64,000 nt of DNA. It comes from an uncultured Methanosarcinales archaeon (GTDB lineage: Archaea; Nanobdellota; Nanobdellia; Woesearchaeales; JAGVZT01). The stretch covers positions 17,266-81,265 of the forward strand of contig CAYQPU010000001.1 in NCBI GenBank assembly GCA_964419615.1, given 5' to 3'. Each line of letters starts with the position of its first letter. Within the stretch, counting starts at the first letter, position 1. This document shows positions 27,409-37,041 of the stretch, piece by piece. Below the pieces are notes generated by a model, which saw only the letters and a program-made list of their open reading frames with translations, was not told where the DNA came from and did no database searches. The translations under genes were made by a program, and so were the position numbers.

Positions 27409-27792
27409 TTAAGGCATGATATATCCTTCTACTTTCTGTTTTGATCCGTGAGCTCCTTTGTAGAGAATTGAGTTTTCAGGTATTATTTCGTTTACATCTT
27501 CATTATTATTAAGCATGCATGTTATTCTAGTTGCTAATCCATCATCATTCACTCCTGTCATAAAAATACCATGATATACAAGTGATAAAGATTTAGCTTC
27601 TAGTTTTCCTCCAATAACTTGAGTTTGCTCAATAAAACACATTGAGAATTTTTTTGGTTTACTTGGGATTACAACAACAGGTCCATAATCAGGAGTTGCT
27701 GTTAAATCTTCTAAGTTGATTTTTTCAGCAGACTCAATAATTTCTAGTTCCACAAGCCTTTCTACCACAGGATCTGGGTTATATTCATCCAT
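27409..27792 (-). CDS. Hypothetical protein
   Basis: 127-aa ORF with TATA-like box upstream. Confidence 0.6.
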   Translation of the reverse strand: MDEYNPDPVVERLVELEIIESAEKINLEDLTATPDYGPVVVIPSKPKKFSMCFIEQTQVIGGKLEAKSLSLVYHGIFMTGVNDDGLATRITCMLNNNEDVNEIIPENSILYKGAHGSKQKVEGYIMP

Positions 27793-27858
27793 TTTAATCT
27801 AATATAAGGGAATTGAGTTTAATATATAAAGTTAATTATTATAAAAGAGTAAAACAGC

Positions 27859-29325
27859 TTAACCTTTCACACTTATCAATGGTTTTACTCTGACAACTCT
27901 TTTTGCAACATCTGAGCTGTGCATTACACCTACAACAAGATCTACCGCTTTATAAGCTCCAGGTGCCTCTTCTGCAACTCCACCAAGACTATGCCCTTTT
28001 ATGATTATGCCTTTTTCTGCAAGGTGTTTGACAAGTTCTGTTCCTCGCCATTGTCTTTTTGCTTGGTGCCGGGACATTACTCTTCCAGCGCCATGTATTG
28101 CGCTTCCAAATGTTTCTTTCATTCCAGTTTCTGTTCCATGTAATATATATGAAGATGTACCCATTGTTCCACCAACTAATACTGGTTGACCTATTGATCT
28201 GTATGCACTTGGAACCTCATCCCTACCAGGACCAAATGCTCTTGTTGCTCCTTTTCTATGAACCATTAATTCTTTTTGTTTTCCTTGAACTGTGTGTTTT
28301 TCAACTTTTACATTGTTATGACCAATTTCGTAGAAGGTTTCAATTTCTTCGGGTTTTACATTTATTGATTTGAAAGCTTGTCTTGTTAAGTGAGCTATCA
28401 TTTCTCTGTTGGCAAATGCACAGTTAATTCCAGCTTTTACCGCCGCCAGGTAATCTTCTCCTTCTGGGCTTTGGATTGGAGCACATACAAGTTCTTTTTC
28501 TCTAATTGGAATATTGTATTTTTTATTTGCAGCTTCAAGTGTTTTTAGATAGTCTGTTCCAATTTGATGGCCTAATGCTCTTGATCCACAGTGGATGCTG
28601 ATTAAGATTTGATCTTTGAACAGACCATAAGCCTTGGCTGCATTTTCATCAAATACTTCATCAACATATTGAACTTCAAGATAGTGATTTCCTGATCCAA
28701 GTGTTCCTACTTGTCTAAATTGCCTTTGTTTAGCTTTGTCACTTACTTTTGATGGATCAGCACCTTTGACTCTTCCATTTTCTTCAATGTACTCAAGATC
28801 AGATTCAAATCCATAACCTTGCTCAACTACATATTCTGCTCCTCTAATCAGAACATCATTAATTTGCTTCATATCTAATCTTAAGTCTCCTTTTGAACCA
28901 ATTCCTGCTGGAACTGTTTTAAAGAGTGCATCTGCTAATTGTGATTTTACTTTTTCAACATCAGCTCTTGTTAACTGAGTTTTCAGAGTTCTAACTCCAC
29001 AATTAATGTCAAAACCAACTCCAGCGACACTTATAACTCCTTCTTGCAGGTCAAATGCTCCAACACCTCCAATCGGAAATCCATAGCCAGGATGTACATC
29101 TGACATTGCTAAAGAATATTCTTGTATTCCAGGTAAACATGCAACATTGATTATTTGTTTAAAAGCATTCCATTTCTTGCCTGCTTTAACATCAGCTATT
29201 AAATGATCAATTATTTCTTTGTTAGCATATATTCTTCCAGGAACATTCATTTCTCCATGTTTTGGGATGTCCCAAACATAGTCTGTGACTTTTTTTGCTT
29301 CATTCATTTCTTCCATTTGTATCAC
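27859..29325 (-). CDS. rtcB: RNA-splicing ligase RtcB
   Basis: MSDVHPGYGFPIG, GFDINCG, GTLGSGNHY, HCGSR, HRKGAT, HGAGR, EEAPGAYK. Confidence 0.97.
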   Translation of the reverse strand: MIQMEEMNEAKKVTDYVWDIPKHGEMNVPGRIYANKEIIDHLIADVKAGKKWNAFKQIINVACLPGIQEYSLAMSDVHPGYGFPIGGVGAFDLQEGVISVAGVGFDINCGVRTLKTQLTRADVEKVKSQLADALFKTVPAGIGSKGDLRLDMKQINDVLIRGAEYVVEQGYGFESDLEYIEENGRVKGADPSKVSDKAKQRQFRQVGTLGSGNHYLEVQYVDEVFDENAAKAYGLFKDQILISIHCGSRALGHQIGTDYLKTLEAANKKYNIPIREKELVCAPIQSPEGEDYLAAVKAGINCAFANREMIAHLTRQAFKSINVKPEEIETFYEIGHNNVKVEKHTVQGKQKELMVHRKGATRAFGPGRDEVPSAYRSIGQPVLVGGTMGTSSYILHGTETGMKETFGSAIHGAGRVMSRHQAKRQWRGTELVKHLAEKGIIIKGHSLGGVAEEAPGAYKAVDLVVGVMHSSDVAKRVVRVKPLISVKG

Positions 29326-29745
29326 CTATACATCTAATAAACATTCAAAATAATGGTTTCCTCCTTCATATTTATAACTCAAACCTGAGTATGTTGCAGC
29401 TTTAACTTCTGTTTTTGTTTCATGTTTCTTAAGATTGATTTCTTCACCAATTGCTATTCCTTTTAATACAAATTTCTCATCTTGTTTAATGGAAACTTTA
29501 AATTCTGAGAAAAACATGCTGTTTATATCAGCTTGGGCTAGTAATTCATTTAGCCATTCCACAAAAAGAGCTGCTAAACTATCTGCTTCACACTTTATTT
29601 TAACTTCTTGTTTTTGATCAACCTCATCAAGGTTTATCATTACATTAAACATCGCCTTTGCTCCTTCTTCAAAAGCCTTATTAACAGACTCAGCGAAGCT
29701 TTGGATGCCAACATCAGCTTGATGTTCAAGGTATTTATATCCCAT
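29326..29745 (-). CDS. Archease
   Basis: YKYLEHQADVG and EVKAATY...LLDV; directly upstream of rtcB. Confidence 0.95.
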   Translation of the reverse strand: MGYKYLEHQADVGIQSFAESVNKAFEEGAKAMFNVMINLDEVDQKQEVKIKCEADSLAALFVEWLNELLAQADINSMFFSEFKVSIKQDEKFVLKGIAIGEEINLKKHETKTEVKAATYSGLSYKYEGGNHYFECLLDV

Positions 29746-29780
29746 AGCTAGATTGTATTGCCAGGTGATTTAAAAGGTTT

Positions 29781-31346
29781 GTGTACATGATATCAAAGAA
29801 AACCTTTTTATATTTGATTATACTCCGTTTTGTTATTATGGCTGTAATGTCGTTGGTCTGGGGTATATTTAGTAGTGGGACTACAAAGCAGTTGATCACT
29901 TCTTTCTTGATTTTGCTAGTTGGATTTCTTATTGCTAAATTTTCAACAAAGATATTTCATATACTGTACAGAACAGTTAGAGGTTCAGAGTCAATTAAAC
30001 TGCATGAAGAAAAGGAGCCTTTACTAAGGTTTGTAAAGTATATAATTATGAGCCTTACTATTATTATTGCACTCTTATACCTTCGAGTTTCAATTGTTGA
30101 ACATCTTAAGTTAACTTATGATCTTATTCCACAAATACTGTCTATCATATTGGTAATTGTGCTCGGAATTACGATTATTGAGTTTTTTATTTTTATATTA
30201 AAATCATTTATTAAGTCTGTTGGTCTTGATGAGTATTTGGAATTGTATAATCTTGGGCATTTGCTAGGAGTTATTATTTGGATTGTGAAAGTAACAATGC
30301 ATCTGGTGTTGATTGAAATTATACTAAGAATGGTTGGAGTTGATTTTACCCCATTTACAACATTTTTAAGGATTGTTTTTTATGCATCATTTGTGCTGTT
30401 AGTCCTTTTTACATTTATTGGGTTAAAATGGTTTGTAGAAAATCTGTTTGCAGGATTGTTTTTAAGAAGCATACCTTATTTTAAAGTTGGTAGAAGCATA
30501 AAATATGGTGATTTTAAGGGAGAAATACAGAGTATAACAAAAGCTGCTATAACAATTAAAAGGGGTAAGAAGATTAAATGGATTCCAAATAAGCTTATGA
30601 CTCATGCTGAGCTCGAGTTTGAAGAGAAAATCCCTGAGCTTAGATCTTTGCCAAAAATTAAAAAATATTTTGTTGAGCAAAAGCCAAGTTATTGTGGTCC
30701 AGCATCTGCTGAGATTATATTAAACATATTTGGACATAAGGTTGACCAATTGGATATTGGAGAAAAATGCAAAACAGCTGTAGGAGTTGGCACTCATCCT
30801 AAAACATTAATTGGAGTTTCTGAAAAGCTTACCAAGAAAAAGGTTAGAGGAGTTTGGATTGATTATGATAATATTCTTGATCTTCAAAAAGAAATCAAGT
30901 CTTGGCTTGACCAAGGTGCCCTTGTAATTATAGATTATAAGAAAAACTATCTTTTCCCAAAAGCTAAAACTGCTCATTATTCAGTTGTTATCGCTGTTGA
31001 AGGTAATGAATTGCTAGTTGTAGATCCAAGTATGCATACAGGTGGAGTTTATTATGTTGATCCAAATAGAGTTTTCAAGGGAATGAATACTTATTCTAAG
31101 CTGATTAAAGGCAAGCGAGGATATATTGTGTTAGCACCATCTGGTACAAATGCATATTGGAGAATTGAAAATGATCTTGCTTATGCAGATATAGGATTAT
31201 ATGATGATTTGAACAAAAAGTTAAGAGATAAACTTGCAAGACTAACAAATAAGACTAACAATGGAACTATTTTCCCAAACAAAGTTAAAAAGTTCCTGAA
31301 TAATTGGGAAAAGAAGGAAAAGATTAGTCGAGTTTGGAAGCCTTAG
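29781..31346 (+). CDS. MscS-like membrane/beta domain fused to a C39-like cysteine peptidase
   Basis: TM helices, ENLFAGLFL..FKVG..I.YG..GEI..I MscS core, then EQKPSYCGPA...AHYSVV...VVDP peptidase triad. Confidence 0.78.
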   Translation: MYMISKKTFLYLIILRFVIMAVMSLVWGIFSSGTTKQLITSFLILLVGFLIAKFSTKIFHILYRTVRGSESIKLHEEKEPLLRFVKYIIMSLTIIIALLYLRVSIVEHLKLTYDLIPQILSIILVIVLGITIIEFFIFILKSFIKSVGLDEYLELYNLGHLLGVIIWIVKVTMHLVLIEIILRMVGVDFTPFTTFLRIVFYASFVLLVLFTFIGLKWFVENLFAGLFLRSIPYFKVGRSIKYGDFKGEIQSITKAAITIKRGKKIKWIPNKLMTHAELEFEEKIPELRSLPKIKKYFVEQKPSYCGPASAEIILNIFGHKVDQLDIGEKCKTAVGVGTHPKTLIGVSEKLTKKKVRGVWIDYDNILDLQKEIKSWLDQGALVIIDYKKNYLFPKAKTAHYSVVIAVEGNELLVVDPSMHTGGVYYVDPNRVFKGMNTYSKLIKGKRGYIVLAPSGTNAYWRIENDLAYADIGLYDDLNKKLRDKLARLTNKTNNGTIFPNKVKKFLNNWEKKEKISRVWKP

Positions 31347-32146
31347 AATTCTTTTGTTCTTTTAATTTCCAAATCTGTTTGGTCAGTAATATGTTTTATT
31401 TTTTCTTTGTATGGACCAAGTCCTTTCCAATCTAAGATTATGAGATCTGCTTTTGGAATAGTTCTATTTATAGCCTGACCTAACAACTCAAGATTCAAAT
31501 CATCAAGTTTGTATTTGGGGCATACATGACCTATTGCAATTTCTGAGTTTAAAATTATTTTTTTGAAGCTTGGTGTGTGATGCAGTCCACCAATTCCAAC
31601 TGCGGTTTGGTATTGTTTTGGTTCAGATGATATTAAGTCTAGAATTGTTTTGGCTATTATGTTTGCGGCAGTTTTATCATTCCAGTGCTCTTCTGATGAA
31701 CCTATCTCAATAAACATAGATGGTTTTTCGATATATGGCCCATGGTGAGTGCATTCCTGAATAATTTCAAATTGAGTATCTTTGCCGAGTTCATTTAGTT
31801 TATTAAGTGCTTTTTTTAAGTGCAAAGCTGGAGCAACAGCAAGTTCATTATCTTTGCCGCCCATCATTGCTTCTCCCCAATTGCCTTGAGTGTGCACACT
31901 TAAGGAGGAAATTTGAGCTTTTGATTCGTGCTTGGTTGCAAATATGAACAAATCTGCTTGAATTTCCTGATCCAGGTTTTCACAATCAACAGAATCTTTT
32001 TTTACGGTGTACAGTTTTGCATTTCCAAGTTTGTATACTTGAGAATCATCAAATTCACCATCTGGTTCAAATCCTAATTCTAATAGTGAGTTTTTTATGT
32101 TTAAACCTGCCAGATCCTTGCTAGATACAATTATTCCGAATTCCAT
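31343..32146 (-). CDS. dtdA: Archaeal D-aminoacyl-tRNA deacylase (DTD2 type)
   Basis: FATKHES, LSVHTQGN, ECTHHGP, FIEIGSSEEHW, IGGLHH. Confidence 0.92.
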   Translation of the reverse strand: MEFGIIVSSKDLAGLNIKNSLLELGFEPDGEFDDSQVYKLGNAKLYTVKKDSVDCENLDQEIQADLFIFATKHESKAQISSLSVHTQGNWGEAMMGGKDNELAVAPALHLKKALNKLNELGKDTQFEIIQECTHHGPYIEKPSMFIEIGSSEEHWNDKTAANIIAKTILDLISSEPKQYQTAVGIGGLHHTPSFKKIILNSEIAIGHVCPKYKLDDLNLELLGQAINRTIPKADLIILDWKGLGPYKEKIKHITDQTDLEIKRTKEF

Positions 32147-32169
32147 TCTTGAAACTAAAGTACTTTGTT

Positions 32170-33519
32170 TTATAGATTTTTTGATAGATAGCTTAACACA
32201 TTCCTATAAAAATTAATATCAGATAGTTTTGTAATATTATTTGTTATTGTTTTGTGATGCAAGTAAAAGCTTTTATATGCTTGTTTTTGTGTTTCCTTTA
32301 ATGTTTCAGGATTATAGTTTTCGTTTACAACCAATGGATTTTCATTATGAGTTGAGAATCTTTGCCATTCATTGTTTGAATTTTTATCAATAAATGGATA
32401 TGGAACATACATATGAAATGATGCTCCGCATAAAGGAAGTTGTTTTGCAAGCGCTATTGACTTATTCACATCTTTTAAGGTTTCACTTGGAGATCCAATA
32501 ATAAACGATCCGAATACCCTTATCCCTTGTTTTTTAACCATTCTTATTTTATTCTTAATGTCTAAGATATTGATTTGCTTATTCATTTTTTTTAGAATAT
32601 TCTGAGATCCTGATTCTATACCAACATAGATACAATAACAGTTTGATTTTTTCATTGATTTGATCATTTTTTCATTTATATCATTTAGATGCATACTAGC
32701 ACTCCAACCCATATTGTGCCTTTGCATATGTTCTGAGAATTCAATTACTCTTTGATTATCAACTCCAAAATTATCATCTTGGAAAAAAATAAAATTTCTA
32801 CCGAGTTTTTTTGCAGTTATTACCATGTCAATTATATTTTCTGGTGAGTGTGCTCTCCATTCTCCAAAAACCGCCTGGTCACATATTTTGCATTTGTATG
32901 GACATCCCCTACTGCTTATTAACAAGAAGGGTTTTCCATATGTTTGCAATGCATGAAATCGATAGTTTTTTGGATTAATTAGGTCAAAAGCAGGTAGTGG
33001 TAGAGAATCAAGTTTGGATACTGGCTTTCTTGTTGGAGTTTGAATGATTGTGCCATTATGTCTGTAGATTATACCTCTTACCTTGGATAAAGTTTTATCT
33101 TTTTTTAGGGTATCTAATAAATCAAACATAGTCAATTCTCCTTCACCAATTACTCCTATGTCCAAATCTAAACATTTTTTCATAGCAGAAACTGGAACTG
33201 AGGAGATGTGAGAACCTCCAAGGATTGTGATTATTTTCTTGTTTTGTTTTTTGATCCTAGAAAAAATCTTTTTAATTGATGGAAATACTGCAGTTGCTGC
33301 TGTAATTGCTACAACATCAGGCTCTGCCTTGGTTATTAATGTGATTAGCTTGCCTTCACCAATTTTCTTTGCTGGACAGTCAATTAATTCAATTTCATGA
33401 TGCTTCCTAATGTAAGATGCAATGTACAATAATCCAACCGGGGGAAGAATTGCTGCAGACTCGTAATAATTAGAATATACCTCTTGATTAACAGGAGGAT
33501 TGACTAATAATACTTTCAT
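32170..33519 (-). CDS. B12-binding radical SAM protein
   Basis: PPVGLLYIAS B12-binding region, SRGCPYKCKIC CxxxCxxC, DDNF, GIESG. Confidence 0.9.
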   Translation of the reverse strand: MKVLLVNPPVNQEVYSNYYESAAILPPVGLLYIASYIRKHHEIELIDCPAKKIGEGKLITLITKAEPDVVAITAATAVFPSIKKIFSRIKKQNKKIITILGGSHISSVPVSAMKKCLDLDIGVIGEGELTMFDLLDTLKKDKTLSKVRGIIYRHNGTIIQTPTRKPVSKLDSLPLPAFDLINPKNYRFHALQTYGKPFLLISSRGCPYKCKICDQAVFGEWRAHSPENIIDMVITAKKLGRNFIFFQDDNFGVDNQRVIEFSEHMQRHNMGWSASMHLNDINEKMIKSMKKSNCYCIYVGIESGSQNILKKMNKQINILDIKNKIRMVKKQGIRVFGSFIIGSPSETLKDVNKSIALAKQLPLCGASFHMYVPYPFIDKNSNNEWQRFSTHNENPLVVNENYNPETLKETQKQAYKSFYLHHKTITNNITKLSDINFYRNVLSYLSKNL

Positions 33520-33542
33520 TATATCTGAGTGTGCTTGTACTC

Positions 33543-34757
33543 TTATAATTGTTTCTGATATTTATTGTGAAGTGTTTTTTGAAATACTGAGGATTTTGTT
33601 AATTGTTCTAAGAGATGATCTGCTCTGACCAGACCAGAACCGAAGATCCATTGATTGTCATAGTCTCTTTCTGAATCAAGGTGGTCTGCTGTGTCTTCCA
33701 TTATTTGTTCCAAATCCATGTCATTGTAAACTGAAAGAGCTAATGCGATGGTTCCTGTTATGTGTGGTGTTGCCATGGATGTTCCGCTTAGGATTGCAGA
33801 TCCTCCTCCAGGATAACATGACATGATATCAACTCCGGGTGCAGATATGTCATTTGTCTCACAAATGTTACTAAAGTCTGCATGTTGATTGGCTTGATTT
33901 ACAGCAGCAACTGCAATTACTGATTCATCAAATGAAGCAGGGTATGAAGGGCCATATCTTTCGTTGCCTGCTGCAGCAACAACAAAATGACCATTATTAT
34001 AAGCTAGTCTGCATATGTCTTCAAAGGCTCTTGAGGCATCTCTTGATCCAAGACTCATGTTCATTACATCAATTTCATTTTTAATGCACCATTCAACACC
34101 TGCTATTACATCTGCTTCTGAGCCAGAGCCATATTCATTTAGGACTCTTACAGCATATAGTGTTGAGTCAAGACTAACTCCATAATTATTTGAACAGCTT
34201 GTTCCTGCAACATGTGTACCATGTCCTTCTTCATCCATGGGGTTAGAATCTAAGTTAACTAGATCAACTCCTTTGGATTTACCAAAGTTTGATCTAAGTT
34301 CTGGATGATTGTAATCAATACCTGTGTCAATAATTCCAATTGATATATTTGATCCAGTAGATATTTTGTGTGCACCATACACACCAATGTTTCTTAAGTT
34401 CCATAGACTACTGAATTCAAGGCTGTGGTAAACATCAGGCTGATGTTTGAATGAAGGAACTTTTGACACCTTTGAAACAACATTAATTGTTGTGATTGAA
34501 GATAACTCATCTGATAGTGTTTTTGAATGCATTTTAGATGTTATTCTTTGCACATCTCCCGCAGACATAGTTACACTAATGTACGGGATCAGATCATAGA
34601 CATGATCCACATTACCAAGTTTGCCCAATGATTCCGCAACTGCTGGTTGATATCCATTTTTTACACCGATAATAACACTAAATTTATCATCTTTATGTGA
34701 TTTTGCAAGTTTTGCTTCGAGATGTTCTTTTCTCTTTACTTCTCTAAGAATTTTCAT
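33543..34757 (-). CDS. S8 subtilisin-like serine protease with inhibitor-I9-like propeptide
   Basis: IIDTG, GHGTHVAG, GTSMATPH catalytic triad; no hydrophobic signal peptide. Confidence 0.93.
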   Translation of the reverse strand: MKILREVKRKEHLEAKLAKSHKDDKFSVIIGVKNGYQPAVAESLGKLGNVDHVYDLIPYISVTMSAGDVQRITSKMHSKTLSDELSSITTINVVSKVSKVPSFKHQPDVYHSLEFSSLWNLRNIGVYGAHKISTGSNISIGIIDTGIDYNHPELRSNFGKSKGVDLVNLDSNPMDEEGHGTHVAGTSCSNNYGVSLDSTLYAVRVLNEYGSGSEADVIAGVEWCIKNEIDVMNMSLGSRDASRAFEDICRLAYNNGHFVVAAAGNERYGPSYPASFDESVIAVAAVNQANQHADFSNICETNDISAPGVDIMSCYPGGGSAILSGTSMATPHITGTIALALSVYNDMDLEQIMEDTADHLDSERDYDNQWIFGSGLVRADHLLEQLTKSSVFQKTLHNKYQKQL

Positions 34758-34803
34758 AAAAACAATTTTAGTTTTTTGTTAAATATGTTCTACCCAAGAA
34801 TTG

Positions 34804-34818
34804 CCGAAAACTTTTCGG
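34804..34818. promoter_or_regulatory. Perfect 15-bp palindrome CCGAAAA-C-TTTTCGG upstream of the subtilase
   Basis: 47 bp from ATG 34757; same family as sites at 4227, 4247 and 13684. Confidence 0.55.
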
Positions 34819-34897
34819 AATTAGTGAAAATACTGTATTCTTCACAGACTAGTGTATAGTAAATTTTATAAAACAAACATAATTTTGCAAGGTAAAG

Positions 34898-35215
34898 ATG
34901 ATAGTAATCTACATCACTTTTGCAACAAAAGAGGAAGCTGAATCTGTTTCTAGAGTGCTTCTTGAAAAAAAATTGATTGCATGTTCAAATATTCATTCAT
35001 TTGATTCAAGTTATTGGTGGAAAGGTGAAATTATTAGCAAACCTGAGTTTATGATGCTTGCAAAAACTAGTAAAGAAAAATTTGAAGATATAAAAATTGA
35101 AGTTAAAAAGCTGCATAGCTATGAAGTTCCTTGCATTATTTACTGGGAAATTAACGGAAATAAAGAATACATTGATTGGATGAAGCGATGCGTTAATGAA
35201 GGACCATTTGATTAA
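34898..35215 (+). CDS. cutA: Divalent-cation tolerance protein CutA
   Basis: LEKKLIACSN, SYWWKG, HSYEVPCI. Confidence 0.92.
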   Translation: MIVIYITFATKEEAESVSRVLLEKKLIACSNIHSFDSSYWWKGEIISKPEFMMLAKTSKEKFEDIKIEVKKLHSYEVPCIIYWEINGNKEYIDWMKRCVNEGPFD

Positions 35216-35222
35216 GATAAAT

Positions 35223-35399
35223 ATGGAATGCCTATATTGTTGTGAAAATGGCGAAAAGAGATGGTTCTCTGAATGGAACCATGAACATCATTATAAGACG
35301 TTTCTATGCAAATGTTGTGGGAAAAAGAACTTTGTTAGAGTCAGTTTCCAAGGTTCAGGTCATGATAATTGGGGACTTGAGGATCAGGTAGATTCATAA
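35223..35399 (+). CDS. Small zinc-finger protein
   Basis: CLYC...CKCC and FQGSGHD; start moved to ATG 35223. Confidence 0.6.
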   Translation: MECLYCCENGEKRWFSEWNHEHHYKTFLCKCCGKKNFVRVSFQGSGHDNWGLEDQVDS

Positions 35400-35444
35400 T
35401 ATCTATAGATTAAATATAAAAATATCAAGTACTTTTGGTTTGCT

Positions 35445-35882
35445 ATGGAAGATTGCATAACATGTAATTATAATAAAGATCCATCTAGTGTGCCTGGAGG
35501 AAGGATTAAAGAATATGAGTATTGGATTTTAGAACATATTAATGAACCAATACCTGTTAAAGGTTGGCTGGTTTTAAAAACTAAAAGACATACTGAAGGA
35601 ATAGATGGTTTCAATATTAATGAGTCTCAAGAATTATCTGAAATTCTTTTTAACTTACCAAAAATCCAAAAGCAAATCTTTGATACTGAACAGATTTACA
35701 TTTGCTGTTTTACAGAACTAGTGAATCATTTACACTTCCATCTTATTCCTCGTGGCAAGAATGAGATAAGGAAAGGTACTCAAATTGTTGATCTAATGTC
35801 TGATGTTAAAAAAAATAAAACCTTAGCAATAGACCCAAATTTAATTTTGGATTCAATTCAAGAATTAAAAAAGAGACTTTAG
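35445..35882 (+). CDS. HIT family nucleotide hydrolase
   Basis: HLHFHLIPR histidine triad. Confidence 0.88.
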   Translation: MEDCITCNYNKDPSSVPGGRIKEYEYWILEHINEPIPVKGWLVLKTKRHTEGIDGFNINESQELSEILFNLPKIQKQIFDTEQIYICCFTELVNHLHFHLIPRGKNEIRKGTQIVDLMSDVKKNKTLAIDPNLILDSIQELKKRL

Positions 35883-35883
35883 T

Positions 35884-37041
35884 TTATAAGATATTATTTA
35901 ATTCTTCTACTGTTCTATCAACATGTTCTTTTTGTATTATTAATGGTGGTAGGAATCTAAGTACTGTTGATGATGCCGGAGCTGCTATTATTCCTTTTTC
36001 CTGAAGTTTTTTTAGGTATTCACTGCTTTTCTTTTTTAGATCTAGTCCTATCATTAGACCTGCTCCACGTACATCTCTTATCAGAGGAGAATCAAGATTG
36101 TTTAGTTCTGACATAAAGTAACTTCCAATTTCCTTACTATGACTTAATAGGTTGTTTTGCTCAATGTAATTGATTGTTGCAAGGCTTGCAGCACATACTA
36201 ATGGATTCCCTCCAAAAGTAGAGCTGTGAACACTCTTACCTACAGTTTCTGCAATTTCTTCAGTAGTGAGTGTTGCACTCATTGCAAGACCATTTGCTAT
36301 TCCTTTGGATAAACAGATTATATCTGGTTCTACATTGTAAAGTTCTGAAGCTGTCCAATGTCCTGTTCGAAATCCTGTTTGGACTTCATCAAAGATTAAT
36401 ACTGTTTCTGTGTCATTGCAGATGTCTCTAGCTGCTTTAAGGTATTGCTTTGTTGCAAGTTTTATTCCTGATTCTCCCTGGATTGGTTCAAGGATTAATG
36501 CGGCTGTATCTTTATTCACTGTTTCTTTTAATTCTTCCTCATCATTAAATCTGATTTGCTCAAAGCCAGGAATTAGTGGTAAAAATGGTTTTCTGTACTT
36601 AGGACTTGAAGTTGTTGCTGAGAGTGTAGCCAAAGTCTTTCCATGATAACCTAATTTTGCGGATATTATCTTTCTTCTTCCAGAATAGATCATTGAGAAT
36701 TTTATAGCTGCTTCAACTGCTTCTGCACCAGAGTTTCCAAAGTAGATTCTATTTAGATTCTTGGGTGTAATACTGATCAATTTTGCTGCTGCTTTTTCAC
36801 GGACTTTATTATGAAAACTCCAATGTATGTTTGAGATTTTGGATAGTTGATCTGTGATTGCGCTGTTTATAGCTTTACAGTTATGACCCAAAATACTAAC
36901 CCCAATGTTTGTCATTAAGTCAAGATATTTATTTCCCTTATCATCATATAGATAGACTCCGTTTCCTCTTGTGATGTTTAGTTCTCTAACTGGAAAGGTT
37001 GAGATCATTATTTTTTTATTATCTAAGTTTTCATTATTCAT
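35884..37041 (-). CDS. lysJ: [LysW]-aminoadipate semialdehyde / glutamate semialdehyde transaminase
   Basis: Class III PLP aminotransferase (EPIQGE, FDEVQTG, SKGIANG, HSSTFGGNP) in a LysW cluster. Confidence 0.88.
   Translation of the reverse strand: MNNENLDNKKIMISTFPVRELNITRGNGVYLYDDKGNKYLDLMTNIGVSILGHNCKAINSAITDQLSKISNIHWSFHNKVREKAAAKLISITPKNLNRIYFGNSGAEAVEAAIKFSMIYSGRRKIISAKLGYHGKTLATLSATTSSPKYRKPFLPLIPGFEQIRFNDEEELKETVNKDTAALILEPIQGESGIKLATKQYLKAARDICNDTETVLIFDEVQTGFRTGHWTASELYNVEPDIICLSKGIANGLAMSATLTTEEIAETVGKSVHSSTFGGNPLVCAASLATINYIEQNNLLSHSKEIGSYFMSELNNLDSPLIRDVRGAGLMIGLDLKKKSSEYLKKLQEKGIIAAPASSTVLRFLPPLIIQKEHVDRTVEELNNIL

Noticed and set aside
32060-32075. GGTTCAAATCC resembling a tRNA T-loop
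   Set aside because: Lies inside dtdA with no acceptor, D or anticodon stems around it.
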